A stretch of 64,000 bases of DNA from NCBI GenBank assembly GCA_044229845.1, contig JBGASG010000005.1:32001-96000 (forward strand). Reading direction: 5' to 3'. Under the pieces are notes generated by a model. It was given only the letters and a program-made list of their open reading frames with translations. It was not told the DNA's origin and ran no database searches. The stretch is from Candidatus Obscuribacteraceae bacterium (GTDB lineage Bacteria; Cyanobacteriota; Vampirovibrionia; Obscuribacterales; Obscuribacteraceae). Positions 47,401 to 56,260 of this stretch are shown here, in pieces. A program made the translations under genes and the position numbers. How positions within the stretch are numbered: the stretch's first letter is position 1; the number at the start of each line of letters is the position of its first letter.

Positions 47401-49275
47401 CGCAAAGTAGAAGCGGAACAACGCAAGAAAGCCGAAGCCGAAGCCCGCAAAAAAGCCGACGAAGAGAAAAGGCGCGCCGACGAAGAATACAAACGCGCCG
47501 CTGAGGAAGCGCGAAAAGTTTCGGAAGCGCGAAAAGTTGCCGAGGCTCGCAAGAAAGCCGACGATGAAGCGCGGCGCAAAGCAGACGAGGAGGCGCGTGC
47601 CAAACTCGACCTCGAACGCCGCCGCAAAGAAGAGGAAGAGCGTCTGGCGCGCGAGGCGGAGACCTGGAAGCGTGCCGAGAAGGAAGCGATTCGTCGTGCC
47701 GACGAGGAATTGCGCAAGGCGGAAGCTGATCGCAAGCGCACCGAGGAAGCCGAGAAGAAACGTCTGGAAGACGAATCGAAGCGTGCAGAACGCGAGCGTT
47801 TCGAAGAAGAGCATCGCGAAAGCATCGATGCGCAGCGCATCACACAAGAGATTGAAAAGTCGACCGACATCGTCAATCCCAACGAAACGGTCACCTTGCC
47901 CGCTTACGAATCAGACACCACCCCCGACGAGTTGTTGACGGCACCGGCGAACGAGCCGGTTTCGTCCGCATTTACTGAAGCCGGCGACGGTCTGTTCGCG
48001 AAAGGCAATTACGCGGACGCCGAGAAGCACTACATGCGTGCCTTGCCGGCTCTCGAAGAAATGGTCGGCAGCGATCACCTGGCAGTCATCGACATACTGC
48101 GCAAGCTGGCGGTTGTCTGTTTGCGTCGCGGTAAGTTGAATGATGCGGAAGAAGGGTTCCGTCAGGTGCTGGCGCGTCGCATCATGAAGCTCGGTCCCAA
48201 TCATGAGGATTCGTTGCAATCGCGTCATGACTTGGGATCTTTTTATACGTTGCGCGGCAACTTCAAAGAAGCGCGCGTTATGTTGGAGCAGGCGCTTGCC
48301 TCGCGGCGCGAAGTGTTTGGCGATGAGAATGCGATGTCGGCGCAGTCGATGCACGCGCTGGCGCTGCTCGACATGGCGGAAGGCAAGTATCTAGACGCGC
48401 GCGCGCTCATGGAAACTGCGAAGCGCATTCGTTTATCGCTGCTCGGCGCCAATAACATCGACACGGTACAAAGTAATTGCGACCTGGGCTATTTGATGTT
48501 TCTGCAGGATGAATTGGCGGAAGCCGAACCTCTATTGATGGAGGCGCTGATTGCACGGCGCGGCTATTATCTCGGTGAAGAACATCCCGATGTCGCGCAG
48601 GTGATGCTTTATCTGGCGCGGCTGTACACGCGGCTGGGCAAGTACGGCGAGGCGAAGCGTCCGCTTGAACGCAGTCTGGAAATTCGCAACAAGTTGCTCG
48701 GCAACAAGCATCCCGACACGGCCGAGTCTTTTAACGCCATCGGCATCTACCAGCTCTATCAGAAGAAGTACACCGAAGCGCGCCAGAATTTCTCGCAGGC
48801 GCTCTACATCCGCAAAACCAATTTCGGTGAGAAACATCCGGCGACCCTCGAGAGCATGTTCTACCTCGGATACATCTGTGCGCGTCAGGGGCAATTCGAA
48901 GAAGCCGGTCCGATCATCGAGAAGACGCTGGATCTGCGCCGCGAATTGCTGGGCGCGTATCACCCGGATGTGGCGCAAAGTATCAATGGATCGGGCGTGC
49001 TCGCTACCTTGACGGGGCGCGTCGATCTTGCCGAGCCTGTGCTCGAGGAAGCGATTACGATGCGGCGCACCATCCTTGGTGACCACCACCTCGATGTTGC
49101 GGAGAGCCTGCACGACCTGGGTCTGTGTGCGGCGCGCCAGGGCAACTTCGAACGCGCCAAACCGCTCCTCGAAGAATCAATCGAAATTCGCAAGCGCATC
49201 ATCGGTCCCGACAGCCCGCTGCTTGCCGAAGCCATGAAAGACTACGACGCGATAGTCGGCGCCGCGCGCCGCTAA
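44464..49275 (+). CDS. Giant protein: N-terminal TM, ~900-aa E/R/K/A-rich helix, C-terminal kinesin-light-chain-type TPR array
   Basis: Likely start ATG 44464; ~42-aa TPR units with (L)G..HP.(V/T)A.S pattern from ~47970. Confidence 0.9.
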   Translation: MEQTVPIIAQMVTAFAMLGGMWWISKDVVAAIRKLSEDQREIAERLRAFSSHAERLMAMESHLQAIADARRNPQIPPQPQTNIEISEQISDHLEKHSRMLELQVIAQLMPLIREEHSKDAALSAISALTNREIGSRFRDLLSSVSFDDVQHFTGEMWALEQDQGFMEETPPAPPMTPVISARHKRANEYIRSPKQQQVPEEPVDFVEQLERQRTDEDEEQRLRDFEAMRRKGEEAARNRLEAEKKRIEEDRLIAEANEAARLARIARLKEEEERRMEEDLREAEAERLRLVEEARQAAEEEARLEEEARNSEQARQQAIIDRAEEEALRAAAAEEAARIEAAAARQEEEARIAEEARIAREEDEARELAEQQRFREMQAQRERSEEEARLRAEQEAEEARRLAEEEENRQREEQERLWQQEEQARIWAEEEQRRQEEEEMRLWAEEEERLRLEAEERARAEEQARLAEEARLAEEERLRQEEEERKRREEEEYARLLAEEAERKRLEEEEYARLLAEEEARIKAELEAQLREEEEARLAEEQRLREEEEARLAEEQRLREEEEARLAEEQRLREEEEARLAEEQRLREEEEARLAEEQRLREEEEARLAEEQRLREEEEARLAEEQRLREEEEARLAEEQRLREEEEARLAEEQRLREEEEARLAEEARRRAEEEERQRREREEALRRAQEEAAAIRQERELAKKRAAAEEARKKAEEEAKRREEERAKKRAEEEAAQIKREREEARRKAEEEEARKKAERAEALRKAEEEARLREEEEARLAEEQRLREEEEERLRLEEEERLRLEEEARLAEEQRLREEEEARLRAEEEERLRLEEEARLAEEQRLREEEEARLRAEEEERLRLEEEERLRLEEEARLAEEQRLREEEEARLRAEEEERLRLEEEERQREEDEARRRAEEEARRRAEEEARRRTEEDRKRAEAEAKKRAEEEKRRAEADAKKKAEEDARRKIEEEARRKVEAEQRKKAEAEARKKADEEKRRADEEYKRAAEEARKVSEARKVAEARKKADDEARRKADEEARAKLDLERRRKEEEERLAREAETWKRAEKEAIRRADEELRKAEADRKRTEEAEKKRLEDESKRAERERFEEEHRESIDAQRITQEIEKSTDIVNPNETVTLPAYESDTTPDELLTAPANEPVSSAFTEAGDGLFAKGNYADAEKHYMRALPALEEMVGSDHLAVIDILRKLAVVCLRRGKLNDAEEGFRQVLARRIMKLGPNHEDSLQSRHDLGSFYTLRGNFKEARVMLEQALASRREVFGDENAMSAQSMHALALLDMAEGKYLDARALMETAKRIRLSLLGANNIDTVQSNCDLGYLMFLQDELAEAEPLLMEALIARRGYYLGEEHPDVAQVMLYLARLYTRLGKYGEAKRPLERSLEIRNKLLGNKHPDTAESFNAIGIYQLYQKKYTEARQNFSQALYIRKTNFGEKHPATLESMFYLGYICARQGQFEEAGPIIEKTLDLRRELLGAYHPDVAQSINGSGVLATLTGRVDLAEPVLEEAITMRRTILGDHHLDVAESLHDLGLCAARQGNFERAKPLLEESIEIRKRIIGPDSPLLAEAMKDYDAIVGAARR
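46051..46462. repeat. 42-bp tandem repeat, ~10 copies, encoding REEEEARLAEEQRL
   Basis: Near-identical units; related units recur at ~46780-47180. Confidence 0.95.
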
Positions 49276-49407
49276 CTCCCGCCGCGGCGCGCCGCTAACT
49301 CTCGGCGCCGCGCGCCGCTAACTCCCGCCGCCGCGCGCCGTTAACTCTCGCCGCCGCGCGCCGTTAACTCTCGCCGCCGCGTGCCGTTAACTCTCGCCGC
49401 CGCGCGC
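49260..49407. repeat. 23-bp tandem repeat, 6 copies, starting at the 3' end of the TPR gene
   Basis: TAACTC at 49273, 49296, 49319, 49342, 49365, 49388. Confidence 0.92.
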
Positions 49408-49416
49408 TCCGCCTCT

Positions 49417-49535
49417 ATATACGCTAATGGTATGCCAAATCAGAAGTTGCATACCATTAGCGTATATTGAATTCACCCGCCTTTATATACGCTATTGGTA
49501 TGCCAAATCGAAAGTTGCATACCATTAGCGTATAT
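49417..49535. repeat. Two tandem copies (68-bp period) of a 51-bp palindrome with a 19-bp stem
   Basis: ATATACGCTAATGGTATGC-13 nt-GCATACCATTAGCGTATAT at 49417-49467 and 49485-49535 (one mismatch). Confidence 0.9.
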
Positions 49536-49540
49536 TGCAT

Positions 49541-50791
49541 TCATCCGCGGGCGGATGGCGGAAGGTCGACTCGTTTGAGCGTGCGATCGGTTGTGGCGAC
49601 GAGCAACGCTTTGCCGTCGGGGAAAAATTCTAACGCGGTGGGTGTGTCTTTCGCACTCGTGAATTGGTCGTCGGATCTTTCGCCGGATTTTTCGCCGGAT
49701 CTTTCGCCGGATCGCTCGTCGGATCGCTCGTCGGATCGCTCGTCAGCGGGTGGAGAGGCGTCGAGTCTGCCATCGTCGGGCACTGCTGTCTCTAACTCCT
49801 GGCCGCGTGCCAGGGACATTGGCGGTGAAAGCATAGACAGATCGTGAGTGGAGTGAATCGTCAGTTGCATGCTGGAATCGGCAAGGCACGCCAGCACTCG
49901 CTGATCGGGCGAGAGAGCGGTGACGGATGTATAGGACCCCTTCACGATGTGCCGAGCCATCAGCTCGCCATCCTCGGCATTGATTAGATAGATGCCCGAA
50001 TGTTCGCCGCCCGCGAGCATGATATTTGCGGCGAGCAAGTTCTCCGCCTCAACCAGGTGCAGGTCGGAGATGACGTCGGCTCGCAGATCCATATCCCAGA
50101 GCAGTGCACCGCTCGTCAGGTCGATGCAGCGGAGCGTTTCGCGTTCTGCGCCGTAATAGTGGTTGAACGAGTAGAACAGCCGCGTTCCCGCTTCGTCGAT
50201 CACCAGGGCGGAGATTGTGTGGTGCTCCGGCAAGTCTTGCCAGTAGATGTCACCACCTGTGGTTAGATCAATTACTCGTACCGATGAAACTTCGTGCACT
50301 GAGTATTCGATGTCGCCCACGACCAGCAGCTTGCCACCGTCGGCGAAGCGCACGTGCCCGCGGATTTTCTGTTCGTCGTCGGTGCCGCAGATGACGAGGC
50401 AGTCGCGTTTTTCGAGGTTCCACAGGATGACGCTGTAGTCGTGGCTTGCGGATGCAATCAAACCGGAATGCGGGTCGACCGCCAGATTGTAGATGCCGTG
50501 AGCATGTCCTTCGAGGATGAGGAGTTCGCGCTCCTCGATACTATCGAATACTCGAATTTTACTGTCGGCTCCCGCGAGGTATCCTCCGCCGGCAACGACT
50601 ACCGAAGTTTCGTCAGGAAGAAACTTGATTGCCAGGATCGCGGCGCCGTGCCGCATGCCGGGCGAGCCGCCGGCACCGAGCGAGCCGCCCGCACCATCTA
50701 TAATGCGCCAGTTCTCCGGCTGAAACGGAAACACACTCGCCAGGTGCTCCCACCATTCGGTTCGCTGTTCCTGAGTTAGCGAGGCAGTCAA
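49541..50791 (-). CDS. WD40-repeat protein
   Basis: LEGHAHGIYNLAV...IASASHDYSVILWN; ALSPDQR, LEFFPDGK. Confidence 0.88.
   Translation of the reverse strand: MTASLTQEQRTEWWEHLASVFPFQPENWRIIDGAGGSLGAGGSPGMRHGAAILAIKFLPDETSVVVAGGGYLAGADSKIRVFDSIEERELLILEGHAHGIYNLAVDPHSGLIASASHDYSVILWNLEKRDCLVICGTDDEQKIRGHVRFADGGKLLVVGDIEYSVHEVSSVRVIDLTTGGDIYWQDLPEHHTISALVIDEAGTRLFYSFNHYYGAERETLRCIDLTSGALLWDMDLRADVISDLHLVEAENLLAANIMLAGGEHSGIYLINAEDGELMARHIVKGSYTSVTALSPDQRVLACLADSSMQLTIHSTHDLSMLSPPMSLARGQELETAVPDDGRLDASPPADERSDERSDERSGERSGEKSGERSDDQFTSAKDTPTALEFFPDGKALLVATTDRTLKRVDLPPSARG
49668..49744. repeat. 12-bp tandem repeat (~6 copies) encoding S(D/G)E(R/K) in the WD40 protein
   Basis: TCG(C/T)CGGAT... units. 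Confidence 0.8.
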
Positions 50792-51910
50792 TTAGACGAT
50801 GCCGGCTTTGAGCAGGTCTTTCAGGTGCAGGACGCCAACCGGACGTTGCTTCGCATCGACAATCAGCAAATCGGAGATGGAGTGTTTCTCCATAGTCTTC
50901 AGTGCTTCGACTGCCAGCGATTGTGCGGCGACCGTCTTGGGATTGAGCGTCATGATCTGGCGCGCTTCTTTATCGAAGGCGTTGGTGGCATATTTGACTT
51001 GCGCGCGGCGGATGTCACCGTCGGTGATGATACCGGCGAGCACGCCGTCTGCATCGACGACGGTGGTGAAGCCCAGTTTCTTTGAGTCGACCTCTTGCAA
51101 AACCAGGGCATAGTCGGTGTCCAGCGCGACTTGCGGAATTTGCATTCCGCGGCGCATGACGTCTTGCACCATGAGCAGCTGGCGTCCGAGGTTGCCGCCG
51201 GGATGCGAGCGTGCGAAGTCTTCGGCTTTGAAGCCCTTGCGCTGCATGAGAACGATGGCGAGTGCGTCGCCCAGTGCAAGCGCCGCGGTAGTTGAAGATG
51301 TTGGTGCCAAATTGAGCGGGCAGGCTTCGCGTTCGACGCTGGTATCGAGGGCGACATCAGCGACTTTTCCGAGCGTCGAACTCAGATCGCCGGTCAGCGC
51401 GATGACTTTGATTCCGAGGCGTTTGATTGGGTCGATGGCGAGTTTGATTTCTTGGGTTTCGCCGGAGTATGAGAGCGCTATGGTCAGGTCGCGTTCCTCG
51501 AGCATGCCGAAGTCGCCATGGCGCAATTCGGCGGGGTGAACGAAGAATGCCGGTGTTCCCGTCGATGCCAGTGTGGCGGCAATTTTGGAGCCGATGTGCC
51601 CGGATTTGCCCACGCCTGTGACCACGACTTTGCCGGTGCAGCTCATTAAGAGGTGGATGGCTGAGTCGAAAGCCTCAGTCAGCTTGGCGCTGACCCCCAG
51701 TATGGCGTCGGCTTCCATTTGCAGAACCTGGCGCGCCTGTTCCACTAATATGGAACCGCCGGCGCCCGCCGCCGTGCCTGCATTCGTCGACGTCGCCGCC
51801 GCTGCTGCCGCCCCAATTCCGGCGCCCGGAGACGCGGAAAGAGCGCCGGTGGCGGCTTTATCGCCCTCCGTCGGTGGCTGGCAGGGTAGTATATCTCCTG
51901 GAATACTCAC
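50792..51910 (-). CDS. kdsD: Arabinose 5-phosphate isomerase (KpsF/GutQ family, SIS plus CBS pair)
   Basis: TGVGKSGHIG, STGTPAFFVHPAE..HGD, EACPLNLAPTSST, GDALA, HPGG, TDGDIRR. Confidence 0.95.
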   Translation of the reverse strand: MSIPGDILPCQPPTEGDKAATGALSASPGAGIGAAAAAATSTNAGTAAGAGGSILVEQARQVLQMEADAILGVSAKLTEAFDSAIHLLMSCTGKVVVTGVGKSGHIGSKIAATLASTGTPAFFVHPAELRHGDFGMLEERDLTIALSYSGETQEIKLAIDPIKRLGIKVIALTGDLSSTLGKVADVALDTSVEREACPLNLAPTSSTTAALALGDALAIVLMQRKGFKAEDFARSHPGGNLGRQLLMVQDVMRRGMQIPQVALDTDYALVLQEVDSKKLGFTTVVDADGVLAGIITDGDIRRAQVKYATNAFDKEARQIMTLNPKTVAAQSLAVEALKTMEKHSISDLLIVDAKQRPVGVLHLKDLLKAGIV

Positions 51911-51998
51911 TGTTTGGCTCGAAGTGCCTGTTTCAAGTAGCCGTCATTCTAGCTACTCAAAATTGGTTCTTGCTTGAGACAAGTTTAGGGAGCCGAGC

Positions 51999-52790
51999 TT
52001 AAGAAGGATTTAGAAACCGCACCAGCGACCCATCCAGCGCTACGGCGGTCTGAAAATCGCGTTCCGCCAGTCGGTTGTTGCCGCACGCTATGTGACACTG
52101 CCCGCGGCTAAAGTAAAGCAGCGCGGTCGCCGGCGACAACATAATCGCCCGGTCGAAGTCCTTGATCGCCCGAATCTGCCAGCCCAGCGCTGTCTGCGCC
52201 TGTCCGCGGTGGTGATAAGCCATCGGTTCGTTCGGGTCGAGGCGAATCGCCTCATCGCAGTCCTGCAGTGCCAATCGCGGCTGCCGGTCCACCAAATAAA
52301 TCAGCGCCCGCGCCGTAAAAAGCGCCGCGCAATCAGGATAATGCTGGATTCCCTGCGTGTATTCGTCCATCGCCGCAGCTGTATGTCCCAGCTGATGCCG
52401 CGCGCCGCCGCGCTTCAGATATAGCTCGGGGCTCGACATGCCTTTCTGCAGCGCCTGGTCCAGGTCTTTGAGCGCATCGCGCCAGTGTCCACGGTCACAC
52501 AGCGCCGTCGCGCGTTGCATATAGAGCCGCCCGTCCTCCGGCGACAACATCAGCGCCTTCGAAAACTCACGAATCGCGATGTCCAGGTCTCCGCTCCGTT
52601 GCAGCGCCATTCCGTATCCCATGTGCACCTCAGCAATTCCGTCGCCCAGGTAGGTAGCCGAGCTGAATTCCTTCATCGCCTCATCCAACTGATCGGATTC
52701 GAGCAGCTCAAATCCGCGGCGGCAATGCTTGATTGCCAGCGAATTCATGTTCATTACAGGGAGATGGGGGTCGGTGTTGATACAACTCAT
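51999..52790 (-). CDS. Tetratricopeptide repeat protein
   Basis: Several TPRs (AYHHRG...AIKDFDRAI..P). Confidence 0.88.
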   Translation of the reverse strand: MSCINTDPHLPVMNMNSLAIKHCRRGFELLESDQLDEAMKEFSSATYLGDGIAEVHMGYGMALQRSGDLDIAIREFSKALMLSPEDGRLYMQRATALCDRGHWRDALKDLDQALQKGMSSPELYLKRGGARHQLGHTAAAMDEYTQGIQHYPDCAALFTARALIYLVDRQPRLALQDCDEAIRLDPNEPMAYHHRGQAQTALGWQIRAIKDFDRAIMLSPATALLYFSRGQCHIACGNNRLAERDFQTAVALDGSLVRFLNPS

Positions 52791-53046
52791 AGCTATCGCC
52801 CGCTGAGTGCCATACTCAGGAGTCTATTTTTTCTGCGGGGGTCTACCAAGGCCTTTAATGTACGCCCGAGTTGACCTTTGGGGAATGGGCAAACTACGTA
52901 GTAGACGATAAATTTTGCGCTGCGGCTGGGCTTTTCAGCTGACCGCGCCAACGGGTGTCACTGCATGCTGGATGTCGCCGCCGTCGGTCGCGCACCACAT
53001 CTGGTGGCAGGCGAATTTGAATGTCAAGTGCTCTGTGCGAAGGAAA

Positions 53047-54180
53047 CTATCTCGCCAGTGCCACCACCAACCTATCTATAAGGATGGCGATGAAACAGCC
53101 GATGCTGACGAAACCGTTGGTTGTGAAAAACGCCGCGTTCACCTTCGAGAGATCGTCGGGTGCCACCAGCGTGTGCTCGTAAAGGAGCATCGAACCGACG
53201 ACGGCCACGCCGACCCAGTAAGCAACACCGAGAGAAAGGATGACGCCCAGTGCGGTCAGTGCGGCCAGCGTGACGATGTGCAATGCGGTTGAAACGCACA
53301 GCCCGCCCAAAATACCGAAGCGCGCCGGCAAGCTGTGCAGCGCCGCGCCGCGGTCGAAGTCTACATCCTGGCACGCATAAATCAGGTCGAAACCGGCTAC
53401 CCATGTGCCAACCGCCAGTGCCAAGATCCAGGGCGCCGGTTCGGCGAGCGAGCCGCCCGCAGCAATCCAGCCGCCAAGCGCAGCGCCGGCAATCGCGATG
53501 CCCAGTGCGAAGTGGCACATCCAGGTAAAACGTTTCGTGAACGAATAAAAGCTCAACCAGAGAATCGCGACCGGTGAGAGCCAGACGCAGATGAGCGGCA
53601 GATGCACAGCTGCGAAGATCATGAGTGCGAAGGAAAGAAACGCGAACACAGCCGCCGGCAAGCGACCGATGCGTCCTGCCGGGATGGCGCGGGTGCTGGT
53701 GCGCGGGTTTAATGCGTCGTAGTTGGCGTCGATCAGGCGGTTGAGCGTCATGGCTGCGGCGCGAGCGCCGGCGAATGCCAGGATTGTCCAGCCCACTGTC
53801 GCCCACGTCGGAAGTTTGTCTACCGCCAGAAGCAGTCCAGAGAGTGCAAACGGCAGTGCGAAGACCGTATGCTCTAGTTTGATCATCTCCGACCATTCGC
53901 GTGCCTGGCTAAGCGGTCCAGCGGGCGGGGCGGGTGCTGGGGTTGCGGCAGGTGCTGCGGTTGCGGCGGATTCGGCGGGCGCGGGGGGTGCGGAAGATGC
54001 AGCAGTGGCTGAGGCTGCCGACTCAGGCGTTTCGATGACTGCAACAGACGTCACGGCGGGTGCGGCAGCCGGTGCTGGCGCAGTTTCTGGCAGGCAACTG
54101 GTCGGCTGCGCTTGGTCCGCACCTGCGAGATTCGCGTCCAGGCGTTCTACTGGCGATAGTTTTGGAATCTGTTGGTTCAT
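53047..54180 (-). CDS. mqnP: UbiA-family polyprenyltransferase, MqnP type (futalosine menaquinone pathway), with an Ala/Pro-rich N-terminal extension
   Basis: EMIKLEHTVFALPFA, ARAAAMTLNRLID..YDALNPRT..R.IP, YSFTKRFT, WVAGFDLIYACQD, NAAFFTTNG. Confidence 0.85.
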   Translation of the reverse strand: MNQQIPKLSPVERLDANLAGADQAQPTSCLPETAPAPAAAPAVTSVAVIETPESAASATAASSAPPAPAESAATAAPAATPAPAPPAGPLSQAREWSEMIKLEHTVFALPFALSGLLLAVDKLPTWATVGWTILAFAGARAAAMTLNRLIDANYDALNPRTSTRAIPAGRIGRLPAAVFAFLSFALMIFAAVHLPLICVWLSPVAILWLSFYSFTKRFTWMCHFALGIAIAGAALGGWIAAGGSLAEPAPWILALAVGTWVAGFDLIYACQDVDFDRGAALHSLPARFGILGGLCVSTALHIVTLAALTALGVILSLGVAYWVGVAVVGSMLLYEHTLVAPDDLSKVNAAFFTTNGFVSIGCFIAILIDRLVVALAR

Positions 54181-54482
54181 CTCTGTACCGATATCTATTT
54201 GGTCCAGTTCGATATCTGGTGATTCATTTAGTTCAGTTTATGATGCGCGCGTTGCCTCCTGTCATTCTAGAAAAACGCGACCGCTTGCGCCTTTGCAACA
54301 ACTCACAAATGGCTTGAGATGCTGGCGCAGCTTGAAGTTTCCATCGTAAACTGGCATCATAAGCCATGCTTCTGGCGTAGCAGAAGCCCATCCAAGGAGT
54401 GGCAGTCCGGCGGTCTTGACTACTTGCGGCGTGACGACGTCTGCAGCAGCCGACCAGCGACCTGCCAGAGGAACGACAAATA

Positions 54483-55028
54483 ATGATGCAAAACCCCAAC
54501 GCACAAAAACCGTTCAGCCAAGCCGCCGGCACCACAATCAATTTGCAGGGCGTCGCCGCATTCGTAGGACTGGTCGAATTGATCGCCCAGGAACTCGGCA
54601 CGCAAGCCGGCAAAATTCAGGGTCTGCTCCCGTCTGGACAAGCCTTCGAAGAGCTGGTCGGCGAGATTCAATGCGCGAGCCAGGGCTTCGTGCGCACCGT
54701 GACGTTGTTCGGCAAACCGCATCATCCGCTGAAGATGCACTTCCAGGTCGCGTGGCGCGATCCGTACGCCGATGAGAAGGGCGTTGTCGGCGGCGTCGAA
54801 GCGACGTTCTATTTCAACGTCACCGTCGAGCAAATCGGACCGCAAGGTCGCGCGCTTGCCAGACACGTGGAAGACACGTTCTCGCTGCTCGATCGCATGG
54901 TTACTCTCGGTCAGTCCGGACGGCTGTCAGCCATGTCCGTGAGCGAAGCCGATTTGCAGCAATTCGAACAGCAAGAAGCCGGCAACCTCGTGCGCACTCA
55001 TACGCCGAAGAACCCCGGCGAAGAGTAG
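54483..55028 (+). CDS. Hypothetical protein
   Basis: 181-aa ORF with host-like codon usage and GAGG upstream. Confidence 0.7.
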   Translation: MMQNPNAQKPFSQAAGTTINLQGVAAFVGLVELIAQELGTQAGKIQGLLPSGQAFEELVGEIQCASQGFVRTVTLFGKPHHPLKMHFQVAWRDPYADEKGVVGGVEATFYFNVTVEQIGPQGRALARHVEDTFSLLDRMVTLGQSGRLSAMSVSEADLQQFEQQEAGNLVRTHTPKNPGEE

Positions 55029-55122
55029 CGAATACGAAATTCGCTGTTCAGGTTTATGGCACAAGGGTTTCGGTGTGTCGTTCGTCTCGCGTGCTGTCAG
55101 GACTCGCTAATAAGTCCTGTCA

Positions 55123-55167
55123 GTGTGGATCGGATGATCGTGTGGATCGGTTGATGGTGTGGATCGG
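55123..55167. repeat. Three GTGTGGATCGG copies at 17-bp period between convergent genes
   Basis: Starts 55123, 55140, 55157. Confidence 0.7.
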
Positions 55168-55186
55168 TGCTCTCGAAGTCCGCAGC

Positions 55187-55810
55187 TCAAACGGCGCGAC
55201 GAGATTTGTTGGTCATCGAACTGAGCATTCTTCCGAAAGCTGAAAACATGTTGGCGTTTTCGCTGACTTTTTCGCGCAGCGAAGCCATGTCGACTGCCGG
55301 CCAGTCACTGCCGGTAGTGGCGGAGGACATGCGATCGAGAGTGCGCTGCGCACGTGTCGCAACATACGGATTATCATCGCGAATCAGTACTTCCAGAACA
55401 TCAATATCGATGTTGTGGTTCTCAGCCAGGCTGTAGCGTACATCCGCGTCGCAGTCCTGCGCGAGCAGGAAGAGAGCCGCTTTCGGCGTGCGTTGATGCT
55501 CGCCAGCCGAGGCGCGCACGTCAGCTTCCGGATGAGTCGCCAACTTCAGCAAGGTGGTCGCCGAAGTGCGTGGGTTGTTAGCAATGTGAATCAAGATGTG
55601 TTTTGGTGCCGATGCGACAAGTTGGTCAAGTAAGTGTGGATTAGAGTTTGGATTAGTAGCAATATGAAGCATATCGATGGGTCGCTCCTCGTAGAGGTAG
55701 TCGGATTCCCCTGCGAATGTCCGAGTAGGTTCCTGATTTATAGTCGTGCAAAGTTGAGCAGAATCCATTTCGGATCTCCCGTGGTGGAGTAAGGGAAAAG
55801 CAGGTAGCAC
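55187..55810 (-). CDS. Leucine-rich-variant/HEAT-like repeat protein
   Basis: IANNPRTS...LLKLA.HP.ADVR, DVRYSLAENHN...L..DDNPYVA; start uncertain. Confidence 0.8.
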   Translation of the reverse strand: MLPAFPLLHHGRSEMDSAQLCTTINQEPTRTFAGESDYLYEERPIDMLHIATNPNSNPHLLDQLVASAPKHILIHIANNPRTSATTLLKLATHPEADVRASAGEHQRTPKAALFLLAQDCDADVRYSLAENHNIDIDVLEVLIRDDNPYVATRAQRTLDRMSSATTGSDWPAVDMASLREKVSENANMFSAFGRMLSSMTNKSRRAV

Positions 55811-56260
55811 AATTCATTTATAGCCAGACGCCGTGCACTAATCTATACGGGTTCACGCATTTCTTAGACAGCACAAATCACATTTTCTGCATATTTTTCC
55901 AGACATAGGCTGTTGAATCCCACCTTGCGCCCCGTCCGGTGCCTCGCCAAGCCGCTTACGAAGCGGGTTCCGGTGCCACAAATTATGCACGCCAGATTCA
56001 GGCGGAAATGCCCCTATTTGCTCTGAGGGGCCTGTCTAAATAGAAAACTCAAATCGGCAGGACCATGTTGATCTATACGATAACTTCGGTTTGACCGCCC
56101 TGTCGCGCATCCGTCCTCGAAGAGCCGCTATTGATGCGGCTTTTGAAGCATCCAGTCGTTTTCTTTCGCCTTCAACCCTATTATCGTATAGATCAACAAT
56201 TTACTAAGACGACATCCGCACCCCCCGTCCATGACCCAACGGGTGCAAAAACGACCTTAT

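Noticed and set aside
44769..47938. Long alternative-frame ORFs rich in R/S/K/L
   Set aside because: Artefacts of the low-complexity repeat sequence of the TPR gene
49260..49543. CRISPR array
   Set aside because: The repeats are tandem with no unique spacers, and no cas genes are present
55860..56045. TTAGACAG/CTGTCTAA inverted pair and short hairpins upstream of the LRV gene
   Set aside because: An 8-bp match over ~170 bp is too weak to distinguish from chance
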